Below are positions 1 to 10,409 of a DNA stretch of 64,000 nucleotides, in pieces. Within the stretch, counting starts at the first letter, position 1. Each line of letters opens with the position of its first letter. A program made the position numbers and the translations under genes. The notes under the pieces are model-generated. The model was not told the DNA's origin, made no database searches, and worked only from the letters and a program-made list of their open reading frames with translations. The stretch spans positions 1 through 64,000 of the forward strand of contig CAYLZE010000004.1 in NCBI GenBank assembly GCA_964388035.1. The letters run 5' to 3'. This stretch comes from an uncultured archaeon. GTDB taxonomy: Archaea; Asgardarchaeota; Lokiarchaeia; Sigyniarchaeales; SOKP01.

Positions 1-56
1 TATACAAGCTATAAATTTTCTAACAGAATTGTTTATTCTTCTAATCGATCTTGAAT

Positions 57-102
57 ATATTGAAGGAATCTTCTATTTAATATTGAAAGAATCTTCTATT
101 TT
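57..102. repeat. Two tandem 23-bp imperfect direct repeats (ATATTGAARGAATCTTCTATTTW)
   Basis: 57-79 atattgaaggaatcttctattta vs 80-102 atattgaaagaatcttctatttt, 21/23 identical. Confidence 0.7.
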
Positions 103-139
103 AAATGTTGTAAATCAATTTCTAATATCATTGATATTA

Positions 140-160
140 ATTTCTAATACTATTAGAAAT
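140..160. promoter_or_regulatory. Perfect 10-bp inverted repeat with 1-nt spacer (possible operator)
   Basis: atttctaata-c-tattagaaat; AT-rich, so a chance match is possible. Confidence 0.3.
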
Positions 161-306
161 ATTAAATGCTAATCCCGTTAACTAATGGATGTTATCTTCC
201 ATTATTGCATAAATAATGAACGATATTAAAATTAAGTAGGAAGTAGGAGTTAGAATCAGCTTTTAGATTGATAGGAAACTAATCATGAGAAAAATTTATA
301 GCGCTA

Positions 307-513
307 CTATAATTTATCAATAAAATCATTGACCTCTTCCATGCGTTTTTCGTAATATTCCTTGAGATCTTTCTCGGAGACAAAAGAGGGGATTACTTTT
401 TCGGTGAACACATCAAAAATAGTCCTAAGCTTTGCTCTATGTCTGATTGTCTCGATAACTTCCTTCCCAATTCCTTCTACTTGGTCTAAGAGATCTTTAA
501 TCCTTTCTGAAAT
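307..513 (-). CDS. Small helical hypothetical protein (68 aa), probable ATT start, coupled to the activase gene
   Basis: SD GGAGGTG (527-521) lies 7 nt before ATT at 513, just after the activase stop; amphipathic protein-like sequence ISERIKDLLDQVEGIGKEVIETIRHRAKLRTIFDVF...; the ORF-track start at 558 would overlap the upstream gene. Confidence 0.65.
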   Translation of the reverse strand: MSERIKDLLDQVEGIGKEVIETIRHRAKLRTIFDVFTEKVIPSFVSEKDLKEYYEKRMEEVNDFIDKL

Positions 514-514
514 G

Positions 515-1540
515 TTAAAACACCTCCCACTTGCCGCATCTTGAACCCCAGCGGGCAATCACATTATCATCTTCTTCGGCTAATTTGACTTGCACGATTT
601 CACAATTATTAGGGCAATCTCCGCAATAAAAAGTCGATGTTTTAAAATTTAATTGGGAAACATCTAACCCCCTAAAACTCGTTTCCGTTTGTTTTTCTAA
701 ATATTGATCTCTGACTAAAATAGCTATGCCTAAGGCACCCATTAATACATTATGTTTGGGTACCAATACTTTGAGACCTAATTGCTTTTCAAATGCTTTG
801 ACTATCCCTTTATTAAAGGAAACACCACCTTGGAAAACCACCGGCTCTATTAATTCTTTTCCCTTTGCTAAATTATTCAGGTAGTTGCGTACAAGCGAAT
901 CACATAATCCCGCTATAATATCTTCACGCGAATGACCTGAATTTTGTTTATGGATCATGTCCGATTCTGCAAAGACCGTGCATCTCCCGGCGATGGATAC
1001 GGGATTTTTTGATTTTATTGCATAATCACCAAAATCTTCAATAGGGATGCCTAAACGAGAAGCTTGATGATCTAAAAAGGAACCCGTTCCTGCTGCACAT
1101 ACGGAATTCATGGCAAAATCCACGATGATTCCATCCCGTAAGATGATAATTTTAGAATCCTGTCCTCCAATCTCCAGTATCACTCTAACATCAGGGAATT
1201 CATGTTGGGTAGCTACAGCGTGAGCTATTATTTCTGTCTTGGCTAGATCTCCTCCCACCACGGCTTTTGTCAAATATCTTGCGGAACCCGTCGTGCCACA
1301 CGCTTTAATATCATAATCTTGCAAGGTTTCTTCATCAGCTATTTTCTTTTTTAATTGCGCCATGCCATCTTTTACTGATTCAATAGGAGAACCCTTGTTT
1401 CTTAAAAAAACACTGGTTAATACATTCCCTTCGACATCAATCAAAACAAACTTTATCGAGACAGAACCAACGTCTATACCTAAAAATGCTTCTTTTTTTA
1501 CTTCTTTAACGTTTGAGTCTTCATCTGCCGATTCAACCAT
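515..1540 (-). CDS. CoA-substrate-specific enzyme activase (BcrAD/BadFG/HgdC ASKHA ATPase, Fe-S) with C-terminal Cys cluster; PlsA/Ger activation-domain-like
   Basis: GIDVGSVSIK, GTTGSAR, EIGGQDSK, MNSVCAAGTGSFLD, GRCTVFAESD, FQGGVSFN; C-terminal CGDCPNNC...SRCGKW. Confidence 0.9.
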   Translation of the reverse strand: MVESADEDSNVKEVKKEAFLGIDVGSVSIKFVLIDVEGNVLTSVFLRNKGSPIESVKDGMAQLKKKIADEETLQDYDIKACGTTGSARYLTKAVVGGDLAKTEIIAHAVATQHEFPDVRVILEIGGQDSKIIILRDGIIVDFAMNSVCAAGTGSFLDHQASRLGIPIEDFGDYAIKSKNPVSIAGRCTVFAESDMIHKQNSGHSREDIIAGLCDSLVRNYLNNLAKGKELIEPVVFQGGVSFNKGIVKAFEKQLGLKVLVPKHNVLMGALGIAILVRDQYLEKQTETSFRGLDVSQLNFKTSTFYCGDCPNNCEIVQVKLAEEDDNVIARWGSRCGKWEVF

Positions 1541-1556
1541 CTTTTTTATTCACCTC

Positions 1557-2747
1557 TTATTTCGCATATATTAATTGTGCACATTCTTTATAAAACTGGT
1601 TTCCAATCTCTATTTCAGATGGAACTTTTGAAATTTCTTCTTTCCCGCTCTTTTTTATATGAGTTCTTCTTGAGTCCATGAGGTCAACAAATGCTTCTAA
1701 GCGGGTCCGAAAACCTTCCATTCCAGAATGTTCGTCAAAAGAGAAGAAAATTACGGGGAGATCGTAAATTCCTTTAAGCTTATTGGTGATGATCGTTCGT
1801 GCCGTTACCTCTGGCATGCAAGTGAAGGGATATACATGTACAAATCCATCAAACCCGCTTCTTGCTCTGTCGATATATTCCCCAATAACCCAGACCGCCT
1901 CTCCACCAATATCCATTGGAATATAAGGATGGGATAAATGTTCTAACCACTTTCTGTGAAAATTTAAATGAAATTTATGAGAAACCCAGTCCCACAAACT
2001 CAAATTTTGATGAATTTCGCACCCTAATTCGCCCAATTTTTTCCTAATATCCAAATTTACATAAGTCTCCAAGCTAATATGGATTTCACCTGTGAGGGCA
2101 ACTTTAAAAGGTTTTTTAGTTTTATCAACATCAAGCTGATTGAAGTCGTCTTTAATAATAGTTTTAAAAGTACGTAAATCTTTCAAGTTATTGGTCTGAT
2201 CGAGTTTTATCAATAAATCTTTCACTACCTTTGTTGTATCTCCTTGATTTCGCTCGTATGCTCGAAAAATCCCTTCTGCTGTCTGGATATCGCTTAACAA
2301 TTTCGCTTTTTTCAGGAAAAAAATAACTGCTCTCAGCATGTTTGAGTAAAGAGCTAACGTGTTTTTTGGGGGAGATAATTCATAGAGCGTTTTTACCCAA
2401 TGAAATTCTAATAAGTCCGCTTGATCAAGGGGAATGATTCTAATATCTTTGTATCCGATATCCTTCAGAATTCTTTCTTGGGTTGCTTGATAAAATCCAA
2501 AACGGCATGGTCCGCAGTCAATCGCCATTACCAAGGTATCGGCCCCTTTTTTAATTGCATTTACGAAGTCCCCTAAGGTTGCTTTAAAAGGAAAACATAC
2601 AAATTCAGGGCTATGTTTAACGCCAATTCTAATTGCTTCGCGGTTTGTCGGATCGGGTAAAATAACTTCGATATTGGGGTCTAATGCTGTGAATAGCGTT
2701 TTGAAAGCGACCCAATTGGGGCCCATATTAGGAAAAGACAGTTTCAT
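1557..2747 (-). CDS. 2-hydroxyacyl-CoA dehydratase/reductase-related Fe-S subunit (PlsR-like)
   Basis: SPEFVCFPFKATLG, CGPCRFGFY, PFTCMPE, DEHSGMEGFRTRLEAFVDL; likely start at ATG 2747 (MKLSFPNMG) behind AGAGG. Confidence 0.85.
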   Translation of the reverse strand: MKLSFPNMGPNWVAFKTLFTALDPNIEVILPDPTNREAIRIGVKHSPEFVCFPFKATLGDFVNAIKKGADTLVMAIDCGPCRFGFYQATQERILKDIGYKDIRIIPLDQADLLEFHWVKTLYELSPPKNTLALYSNMLRAVIFFLKKAKLLSDIQTAEGIFRAYERNQGDTTKVVKDLLIKLDQTNNLKDLRTFKTIIKDDFNQLDVDKTKKPFKVALTGEIHISLETYVNLDIRKKLGELGCEIHQNLSLWDWVSHKFHLNFHRKWLEHLSHPYIPMDIGGEAVWVIGEYIDRARSGFDGFVHVYPFTCMPEVTARTIITNKLKGIYDLPVIFFSFDEHSGMEGFRTRLEAFVDLMDSRRTHIKKSGKEEISKVPSEIEIGNQFYKECAQLIYAK

Positions 2748-2926
2748 GCGTTCGAGTTCCTCTTTTTTCCACAAATTAGCTAATTATTTTACTATAGTTG
2801 CAAATGAATCAATCATTAAAATTTTGATTAGATGATTCATTTCACCAATAATAAAAATTGTTAATATAAAAAATTACCTAACTAAAACCGATGATTATTG
2901 ATATGGTTAGGAGAAGTAATTTTAAT

Positions 2927-3895
2927 TTATATTAAATCTTTAATGACGTCCTTGTAAAACTCTAATTGAGGATTCAGCTCAAAAGCGTTCGGAAAATACA
3001 TGAAAAAATTAGAAAATCCTAAATTTATAAATTCTTCCATAATTTGCCTTAAATTTTCACTGGTTCCAATTAAGAATTTATCTCGATAATGAGATAAGGT
3101 ACAATTTGGAGCAAGTGTTCTTTTCAAGTGATCATCGATTTTCTTTTTTTCCCAATTTATTATAACAGGACATAATAAGGTCTTTTCAATATTTTCATCA
3201 TCTCTATCACACTCCTTCGAGTATTCTTTTAAAGTAGCGAGTTTTTTCTTGAGATACTGAATGCCCTTGATGGCGTTAAAATTTGACTTGTCTGCATGCT
3301 TCGCAACTATTTTTAAGGTCAATTTTTCTCCTCCCCCTCCTATCAAAATTTTCGGCGGATTTTGAATGGGTTTGGGATAATTTAAAGCACCTTGTATTTG
3401 ATAATATTTTCCCATATAACTTGTTTCCTCCTCGGTCCACATTTTTTTAACAATTTCCACTGCTTCTTCTAACATTTCCAGTCTGATGGAATTCTTCAAA
3501 TAGGTATAACCAAATGAAGAGTATTCCCTTTCATGCCATCCCGCCCCGATTCCAAATTCCATTCTTCCATTAGATATAACATCTAAGACAGAGGAAATTT
3601 TCGCTAGATATGCAGGATTGCGGTAGGAATTACATGACACTAACTGTCCTAATCGAATTTTAGAGGTTATGGCTGCTAATGCTGTTAACGTGGTAAAGCA
3701 TTCAAACACGCTTTCTTTCATTTCTATGGGATAAGAATGAAAATGATCATATAATACCGCAGAATCATAGCCTAATTTTTCAACTTGCTGAGTGATTTTT
3801 GCTATTAATTTCCATTGATCATGGCTTTTCAATCCATCGGGCAAATCAAGACGCCATCCTTGAGGAACGATCATTCCGAACTTTAATTTCGTCAT
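2927..3895 (-). CDS. LLM-class (probably F420-dependent) oxidoreductase
   Basis: KFGMIVPQGWRLDL, YDHFH, RNPAYLAK, GIGAGWHEREY, IGGGGEKLTLKIVAKHAD. Confidence 0.9.
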   Translation of the reverse strand: MTKLKFGMIVPQGWRLDLPDGLKSHDQWKLIAKITQQVEKLGYDSAVLYDHFHSYPIEMKESVFECFTTLTALAAITSKIRLGQLVSCNSYRNPAYLAKISSVLDVISNGRMEFGIGAGWHEREYSSFGYTYLKNSIRLEMLEEAVEIVKKMWTEEETSYMGKYYQIQGALNYPKPIQNPPKILIGGGGEKLTLKIVAKHADKSNFNAIKGIQYLKKKLATLKEYSKECDRDDENIEKTLLCPVIINWEKKKIDDHLKRTLAPNCTLSHYRDKFLIGTSENLRQIMEEFINLGFSNFFMYFPNAFELNPQLEFYKDVIKDLI

Positions 3896-3952
3896 CTTCT
3901 AAAATCTACCTTCTCTAAACCTATAAAAAAGAGTAAAATGGTATAGTTGATA

Positions 3953-4792
3953 TTAATTCCATTGAAATTCTTTATTAAGATCTGCGGCCAGAGAGTTAAA
4001 CAATTCTTCATGAGCAGGTAAAAGTTCTTTTTTCCATCTCAGATCTAATTTAATTTCTAAAGGATGATCCACATAATATTGTCTCTGATGACCATTTAAT
4101 TGTAAATAAGTTAAATTTTGATTAACCTTGGTGATTAAGGATTGCGTACCCGTGTTACCTCCTAAAGGATGGTGCGTGAATCGATAATATTCCTCTAAAT
4201 TTGATTTGTAATTAATCTCAAGAAAATTACAAGTTTCCTTCGCTAACTTGGCGGGATTTGTGGCAAGTTCCTCATAGTGAATTTTCATTTTCTTACCATT
4301 AGACTCATTGAATAATTTATTTGTTAATTCTATTTGATTTTTCCAATCCTTGATTAATTGGATAACGTCCATGTCAGGATATTTTCTTATTCTTGAATTA
4401 ATTACTGCCCTTCCATCTCTTTGAATATAGATAAGGTATATTTCAGTTGAGTTTTTTTTAAGAATATCAATTTTTTCAGTTATCCATCTCGTATTTTTGG
4501 TTGAATCGATGATAATGGGTTTATTAGTAAGCCTTGAAAGTTGTTCATATAAATCGATTGAACCTTTTGGATCTACTCTGCTCCAAATAGGACAAGATGG
4601 TCCACATAACTTACATATTCCCGATTTCTTTCCATCGCTTGGTTTATTAATGAAGCGTGATTTATTTGCTTCCCCCGCATAAAAACAAGAAGAATGACTT
4701 CCTAAAATTAACCCTAATAGCGTGGATCCTGAATGACCTGCTCCACAAATGAAACATGTTTTCTCATTTGATCTTTCGGGTTTTTTAGTCAT
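3953..4792 (-). CDS. Sulfotransferase family protein
   Basis: 5'-PSB loop CGAGHSGSTLL, IIDSTK, RDGRAVINS 3'-PB motif, HYEELATNP. Confidence 0.85.
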   Translation of the reverse strand: MTKKPERSNEKTCFICGAGHSGSTLLGLILGSHSSCFYAGEANKSRFINKPSDGKKSGICKLCGPSCPIWSRVDPKGSIDLYEQLSRLTNKPIIIDSTKNTRWITEKIDILKKNSTEIYLIYIQRDGRAVINSRIRKYPDMDVIQLIKDWKNQIELTNKLFNESNGKKMKIHYEELATNPAKLAKETCNFLEINYKSNLEEYYRFTHHPLGGNTGTQSLITKVNQNLTYLQLNGHQRQYYVDHPLEIKLDLRWKKELLPAHEELFNSLAADLNKEFQWN

Positions 4793-4815
4793 GGCAAACT
4801 AATAATAGATATTGG

Positions 4816-6201
4816 TTATAATAATTCCGCCAATTCCTCCTTCAATTTAACATCAGGAAAAGGCTCGTGGATTATTTTCAGGTTTAAAAAAGTGCAAAGC
4901 TTTTCCCATCCATCTCCTGCACAGATATCCATAATTAATAAAGAATTGGAGCGATCCTTGAAATATTCCAGCACATTTGCCAGATGAAGATCATAAACAT
5001 ATGATAAACGCTCTTCATTGAAAACATATGTGCCATACACGGCAGCTCTTAGAAATCTGCGCATTTTAAGATGGATGTCATTTTGTTTTGGATCCTCAAA
5101 AGGAGGTCTTTCTTCCCAATGTTTTTTAAGAGATTGGAGCCACGATGATTTTTCTCGAATAGTCAGAATGAATTTACTATTAGGATAATGCTTATCTAAC
5201 TGAACATAAAATGGTGATACCGTTATATCCGAAATTCCATCATAGTCGTTCAATATGGATAAATCATACTTCCCAGTTGTGAGTTCTTCGAATGTTATTT
5301 TGTCATCGGGATAATGAGAAATATTATATCCTAACATGTCTAAGGCAAGGGTAAGACTCTTAGTACTTGTTCTACTAAGACCGATACAAAAAATTTTCTC
5401 TTTTTTATTTTCAAATTGCCCCGTTATGTTAATGGCTGCCTTTAAATCCAAGACTTCCTGAAGTTTTAATACTTTTTTTTCTTTTAACCCCATTTTATCA
5501 AGTTCCGATTTCGCGATGGCCGGAAGTGTCTGGATATAATCCGCAACCACTTTGGGAGTGGCATCCAAGGGTACATTATTCTTCGCATGATTTATTGCTT
5601 TTCTTGCAACTAAAAAATCGGTATCATCATATTTCCAATTCTCAACACAGATCTGAAGTTTAAATTTTTGATATGCATTTCGACTTCTTAGCTCTCTAAT
5701 GGCATATTTAAGGTAAACTTGGTGATAATATTGACAAAAATCATGCAATATTTTGAATTTTTTAAAGGTCTTTCCTTCCTTAAGTTTTTCCAGTGCAAGA
5801 TTTCGCCTTCGAGATTCAGGTCTGAGGATATACTTCAAATCATCTTCTGGCATATTTATCTGCTTCATGGTTTGAACTACATCCATCCGCGTAACATGCA
5901 CCCCCATGTGGACAAATCCTCTGAATTTATCCAAAACAAAGCAATCCACGTACGGTAAAGTATTCTTATTCAAAAATGGTCTCATATCTTCGAAAATGAA
6001 GCAATCAGCGTCCATGAACACCACGTAATCAGTATCATCATTGTACTGAATTTTCATGATTTCTTCCATGGTTCGGGAAAAAGGAGTGATATTTTCAATC
6101 AAATGCACTTTATCAGGGCTGATATTTTTTAACGCAAAATCTAAAGCAATATTTCTGGTACGTTCACCATTCGACCTAAAAACTAATTCAATTTTTTTCA
6201 T
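4816..6201 (-). CDS. Fusion: N-terminal GT-A glycosyltransferase-like domain + C-terminal sulfotransferase-like domain
   Basis: N-term YVVFMDADC (DxD); C-term IFCIGLSRTSTKSL, YPNSKFILTIRE..SWLQS, GDGWEKLCTFL...PFP. Confidence 0.75.
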   Translation of the reverse strand: MKKIELVFRSNGERTRNIALDFALKNISPDKVHLIENITPFSRTMEEIMKIQYNDDTDYVVFMDADCFIFEDMRPFLNKNTLPYVDCFVLDKFRGFVHMGVHVTRMDVVQTMKQINMPEDDLKYILRPESRRRNLALEKLKEGKTFKKFKILHDFCQYYHQVYLKYAIRELRSRNAYQKFKLQICVENWKYDDTDFLVARKAINHAKNNVPLDATPKVVADYIQTLPAIAKSELDKMGLKEKKVLKLQEVLDLKAAINITGQFENKKEKIFCIGLSRTSTKSLTLALDMLGYNISHYPDDKITFEELTTGKYDLSILNDYDGISDITVSPFYVQLDKHYPNSKFILTIREKSSWLQSLKKHWEERPPFEDPKQNDIHLKMRRFLRAAVYGTYVFNEERLSYVYDLHLANVLEYFKDRSNSLLIMDICAGDGWEKLCTFLNLKIIHEPFPDVKLKEELAELL

Positions 6202-6681
6202 TAAACTATTTTCCGATCTTTTTTCTTCTCTAATTTTAAAATTAATTAAAAAAATTCTTTCTTTTCGTCAATAAAAAATATTTTCGTGAGAATTCCTAAG
6301 ATCCCGAACTAGATTTTTTATAATTCAATAATTTATTCTTAATCTTTTCTGATACTTAAGTTTGGTTTATTTCCTATAGAATTTCAATTGGTTCTTAATT
6401 GAACTCAGTTTTTTTTAACTTATGAAAAAATGGAAATTATACTATCTAAAACGTTATGACTTTTTAAATTTTTTCACTAATTCCCTATTATCAAAAAACG
6501 TGTTATTCAGATGTAAATCTTTGGAAGGATTGGTCTTTTTTAATTTTTATAATTATTCCAAAAAATAAATTATCCTCTAAAAGATATAAAAGATCTTTTG
6601 TAAGTATAAGAATTGGTCTCCTTCTTATTTAATTTATAAAAAAGATATATTCGTCTATAAACATCTTTTTAGTGGGACAAG

Positions 6682-7626
6682 ATGGAATTAGCAATTGAAA
6701 CAGTTAAGTTAAAAAAAAATTTCAAGGAAATTCATGCTGTGAATGAAATAGACTTGCAAGTACCGAAAGGAAAATTGTTTGGTTTCCTCGGTCCTAACGG
6801 TGCGGGTAAAACAACAACCTTATCAATGTTAAGCACCATCCTTCCTCCTACCAGCGGAAAAGCCACTATTTTAGGATACGATTTAAAGAAAGATGCAAAG
6901 AAAATTAAAGAACTTATTGGTGTATGCCCTCAAGATAATGTCCTTTATAAAAGACTCACTGCAAGAGAAAATATTCAACTTATCGCCCAAATGCATGGTT
7001 TAAGTAAAAAAGATTACAAAGAAAGATTGGATGATTTACTGGGTAAAATGAACCTCTTGGATCGAGCAGATGATTTGGTTAAGAAGTATTCTGGAGGAAT
7101 GCAAAGAAGGGTAAATGTGTTGATGGCAGTTATTCACGATCCCGAAGTCATCTTTTTTGATGAACCCAGTGCAGGCTTGGATCCTCAATCGCGTAGGGCG
7201 GTGTGGGACTTTATTAAAGATTTTCAAAAAAAGAATAGTACTATAATGTTAACGACGCATAGTATGGAAGAAGCGGACGATCTATCGGATGAATTAGTAA
7301 TCATCGATCAAGGCAAGATCATTGCACAAGGAACACCTGATGAGTTGAAACGACGATTAGGCGAGGGAGATGTTATTGAATTCAAGGTGGAGGAAAAAGA
7401 TCAAGAAAAACGTGGGGAGATTGTTACCAGATTAAAGCAATTGAAATTCATCAAATGGGCAAAAGAAGTTGGAAAAGGAAGAATAATTTTGAACGGTTTA
7501 GATAGTTTGAGAAGAATTTCAGAAGTTATTGATGCGGTTCAAGTGAAAATGCTTGATATTTCAATACGGAAAAATACATTAGAAGATGTTTTTCTTGATT
7601 TAACGGGGAGGAGGTTGAGAGAATAA
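6682..7626 (+). CDS. ABC-2 exporter ATP-binding subunit (DrrA-like)
   Basis: GPNGAGKTT, YSGGMQRR, FFDEPSAGLDP, TTHSMEEAD, TLEDVFLDLTG. Confidence 0.95.
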   Translation: MELAIETVKLKKNFKEIHAVNEIDLQVPKGKLFGFLGPNGAGKTTTLSMLSTILPPTSGKATILGYDLKKDAKKIKELIGVCPQDNVLYKRLTARENIQLIAQMHGLSKKDYKERLDDLLGKMNLLDRADDLVKKYSGGMQRRVNVLMAVIHDPEVIFFDEPSAGLDPQSRRAVWDFIKDFQKKNSTIMLTTHSMEEADDLSDELVIIDQGKIIAQGTPDELKRRLGEGDVIEFKVEEKDQEKRGEIVTRLKQLKFIKWAKEVGKGRIILNGLDSLRRISEVIDAVQVKMLDISIRKNTLEDVFLDLTGRRLRE

Positions 7627-8771
7627 TGAGTTCTTATAAAAGGACACATGGAAAAAAGAATATTAGATTATGGGCGTTAGTTGTAAAAAATTTAAAAATA
7701 ATGTTTCGGGATAGAGCCCAATTAGTTTGGTTAATTGGATATCCGTTAATTTTTATTGTCATCTTTTCTTTGGCATTTAATCAGACGGAATCACGTTCCG
7801 CGTATGATGTAATCATTATTAATCATGATCCCGAAACGGGTACGACGGCCTATTCCCGAAAAATGATTAACATCATTAAGGACGAAGTGAACGATTACGT
7901 GCATTTAGTAGGAACGGAGAATAATTATACTTACGAAGCCGCTGAGATAGAATTAAAATATGAGAGGATCGATGCGATAATTGTAATCCCTTCAAATTTT
8001 TCAGAAAACATCAATAAACAAAAACAACCGTATGTTTTCATCAAGACAATTCCTGATGAAGTGACGGAAGGGGTAATTACTTCAATTGTTACACAGATTG
8101 TAGACTATATGATTGTTGTCCGAAATGGCGGGAAACCGGTGAAGATCTCGACAACTCAACTTGAAAACACGATAAAAATTACCACGTTTGATTACCTTGC
8201 TCCAGGGTTTGTAATTGCGGGAGTTCTTGTATGCATTAGTCAAATGGCAATACTTTTTGCGGAAGAAAAGGAAACCCAAACCTTAAAGCGATTATGCACT
8301 ACTCCCGTGCCGAGAAGAGATATTTTATTCTCCGGCATGCTTTCTCAATTGGTAGTGGCTACGATTCAAACGATTTTGCTCTTATTTTTATTATATCTAT
8401 TTGGAGCCTATTTCGTTGAAGGAGTTAATATTTTCCTTTTAATCTTAATTCCCGTGTTATTTGCGTTTACTTGTTTAGGATTAGGACTTTGCTTAGCATC
8501 GATCACCAAAACGCAATCTTCCGCAGGAGAATTATCCTGGTTCATCATTCTTCCCCTCCAATTTTTAGGTGGATTATTCTTTTATTTTGATAGTCCCATC
8601 ACTCAATTCATGCCGACATCTTATGCCGCCCATGCCATGCGATTAGTAATGATAGCGGGAGCAACCTCATGGAATGCGATAGGATTAGATATAGTAGTAA
8701 TTTTAGGAGTAGGAATTGTTTCAACGATCATTGGCATCCTTTTATTCCAACATAAAACTGCAATCCTTTAA
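7626..8771 (+). CDS. ABC-2 exporter permease
   Basis: TAATG overlap with the ATPase gene; one N-terminal TM, extracellular domain, five C-terminal TMs; EEKETQTLKRLCTTP. Confidence 0.92.
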   Translation: MSSYKRTHGKKNIRLWALVVKNLKIMFRDRAQLVWLIGYPLIFIVIFSLAFNQTESRSAYDVIIINHDPETGTTAYSRKMINIIKDEVNDYVHLVGTENNYTYEAAEIELKYERIDAIIVIPSNFSENINKQKQPYVFIKTIPDEVTEGVITSIVTQIVDYMIVVRNGGKPVKISTTQLENTIKITTFDYLAPGFVIAGVLVCISQMAILFAEEKETQTLKRLCTTPVPRRDILFSGMLSQLVVATIQTILLLFLLYLFGAYFVEGVNIFLLILIPVLFAFTCLGLGLCLASITKTQSSAGELSWFIILPLQFLGGLFFYFDSPITQFMPTSYAAHAMRLVMIAGATSWNAIGLDIVVILGVGIVSTIIGILLFQHKTAIL

Positions 8772-8831
8772 ATGAGAAAATAGATGGTCATAAATTTATA
8801 CTAATTCTAATTTTATCCTCGATTTATGAGG

Positions 8832-8849
8832 TTTTTTTTTTTTTTTTTT
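8832..8849 (+). terminator. Oligo-T (T18) archaeal-type terminator after the ABC operon
   Basis: 18 consecutive T about 60 nt downstream of the stop codon. Confidence 0.55.
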
Positions 8850-9356
8850 CCATAAATTTATAATTAGTTCATGGATTCTCCCGGGTGTTTGAAGATGAGG
8901 AGGTTCTTGAAAAAAGTAGAAGAATATTTAATAATGCCGTTATCCATGCAAGAGAACGAGTCTGCTTGCCTTTCTTGTCTGAAATTTGAAGACTTAAAAG
9001 ATATGACATTATAAGGATTTTTGAATTTAGCTCTCAACTAGATGCTAAAATCTATTGGAAATCTATTAATATATTCAATATAGAAGATAAGAAGAAAGAA
9101 ATAGGATTTAATCTTATTGTCAATTAAATAATCGATTTTACAAGTGGAGCTTTTTTAATGATTTTAAATACAACTTTTGATAGATTTAAAAAAGAATGAT
9201 AAAGATACGATGATAAAGATAATATATTTCGTTTAAAGATAAAAAAAAATTAAAGTTCTTCTTCATTTCTTTCTTTCCACCTGACCCATTTAATATTAAT
9301 TATCATTATTTTTATCTAATAGTATTAAAATTACGTGGAATATTGTTATTATTATC

Positions 9357-10286
9357 ATGACTGATATCATCACAATTGGAGAATTATTAATAGACTTGAT
9401 TGGTCAAGAAGGGAAAAGTCTCAAAGAAACAGAGATATTTAAACGATTTCCTGGAGGTGCCCCTGCGAATGTTGCTGTGGGGATAGCCCGACTGGGTGGG
9501 AATGTTGGCATAATTACCAAGGTTGGAAATGACTTCTTTGGAGATTTTTTACTAAGTAAATTAAAAAATGAAGGAGTTGATACTAGTCAAATTTCAGTTG
9601 ATCCACTTTTAAAAACAGGGCTTGCCTGGGTGGGATTGGATGAAGAGAAAAAACCCACATTTGCATTTCACAGGACTCCCTGTGCCGATTTAAATTTACA
9701 AATGAGAGATATAAATACGGAATATATCAAAAGAGCAAAAATTCTCCATTATGGTACCGTATCTTTAACCAACGAGCCATCAAGATCGGCTATTTTTCAT
9801 GCTGTCAACCTTGCTAATGAACAAGGACTTACTATATCCTGTGATCCTAACTTTAGAAAGGATTTATGGAAAGATGAAAATCCTTATCCATTACTTCTAA
9901 AACTTATATCAAAAACTCAAATTTTAAAGATTTCTCGAGAGGATGCCATAGGATTAACCGGAGACGCATCAGATGAAGCCTTTCATGAACTACTTAATAA
10001 AGGACTTGAAATTATCCTCGTAACGATGGGAAATAAAGGAACACGTGCTATAACTAAGGATAAAGAATATAATGCTCCTGCGTTCAAGGTTAATGTTGTT
10101 GATACTACTGGAGCGGGAGATGCTTTCATGGCTGGTTTCCTTTACATGTATCATAAAACAAAAGAAATACACAATAGCTTAATAATGGGAAATAAGGTTG
10201 CTTGTTTATCCCTCACAAAAATGGGTGCCACGAGCGCCCTCCCTAACTTAAAAGAAGTCAATGGATATAATTTTATCCCTAATTGA
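9357..10286 (+). CDS. PfkB-family carbohydrate kinase (fructokinase-like)
   Basis: GGAPANVAVGIARLG, DPNFRKDLW, VDTTGAGDAFMAG. Confidence 0.93.
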   Translation: MTDIITIGELLIDLIGQEGKSLKETEIFKRFPGGAPANVAVGIARLGGNVGIITKVGNDFFGDFLLSKLKNEGVDTSQISVDPLLKTGLAWVGLDEEKKPTFAFHRTPCADLNLQMRDINTEYIKRAKILHYGTVSLTNEPSRSAIFHAVNLANEQGLTISCDPNFRKDLWKDENPYPLLLKLISKTQILKISREDAIGLTGDASDEAFHELLNKGLEIILVTMGNKGTRAITKDKEYNAPAFKVNVVDTTGAGDAFMAGFLYMYHKTKEIHNSLIMGNKVACLSLTKMGATSALPNLKEVNGYNFIPN

Positions 10287-10409
10287 TGATTATCCTTAAA
10301 AATGATAGCTTTTGAATATGCGGGTACTACCTTACCTTAAATTAAAAAAAAAAAGTTAAAAAAAACTAATAAAGATAAAATTTGCTCATTAATTTAATAG
10401 TAAAAAAAA

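Noticed and set aside
2748-2816. Upstream in-frame ATG (2816) separated from the 1557 gene by a TAA, suggesting readthrough
   Set aside because: The family-typical N-terminus begins at MKLSFPNMG (2747) with its own SD-like AGAGG; no extension is needed
8871-9014. 47-codon ORF (MDSPGCLKMRRF...) after the T18 tract
   Set aside because: No SD, no recognisable motif; cannot be supported
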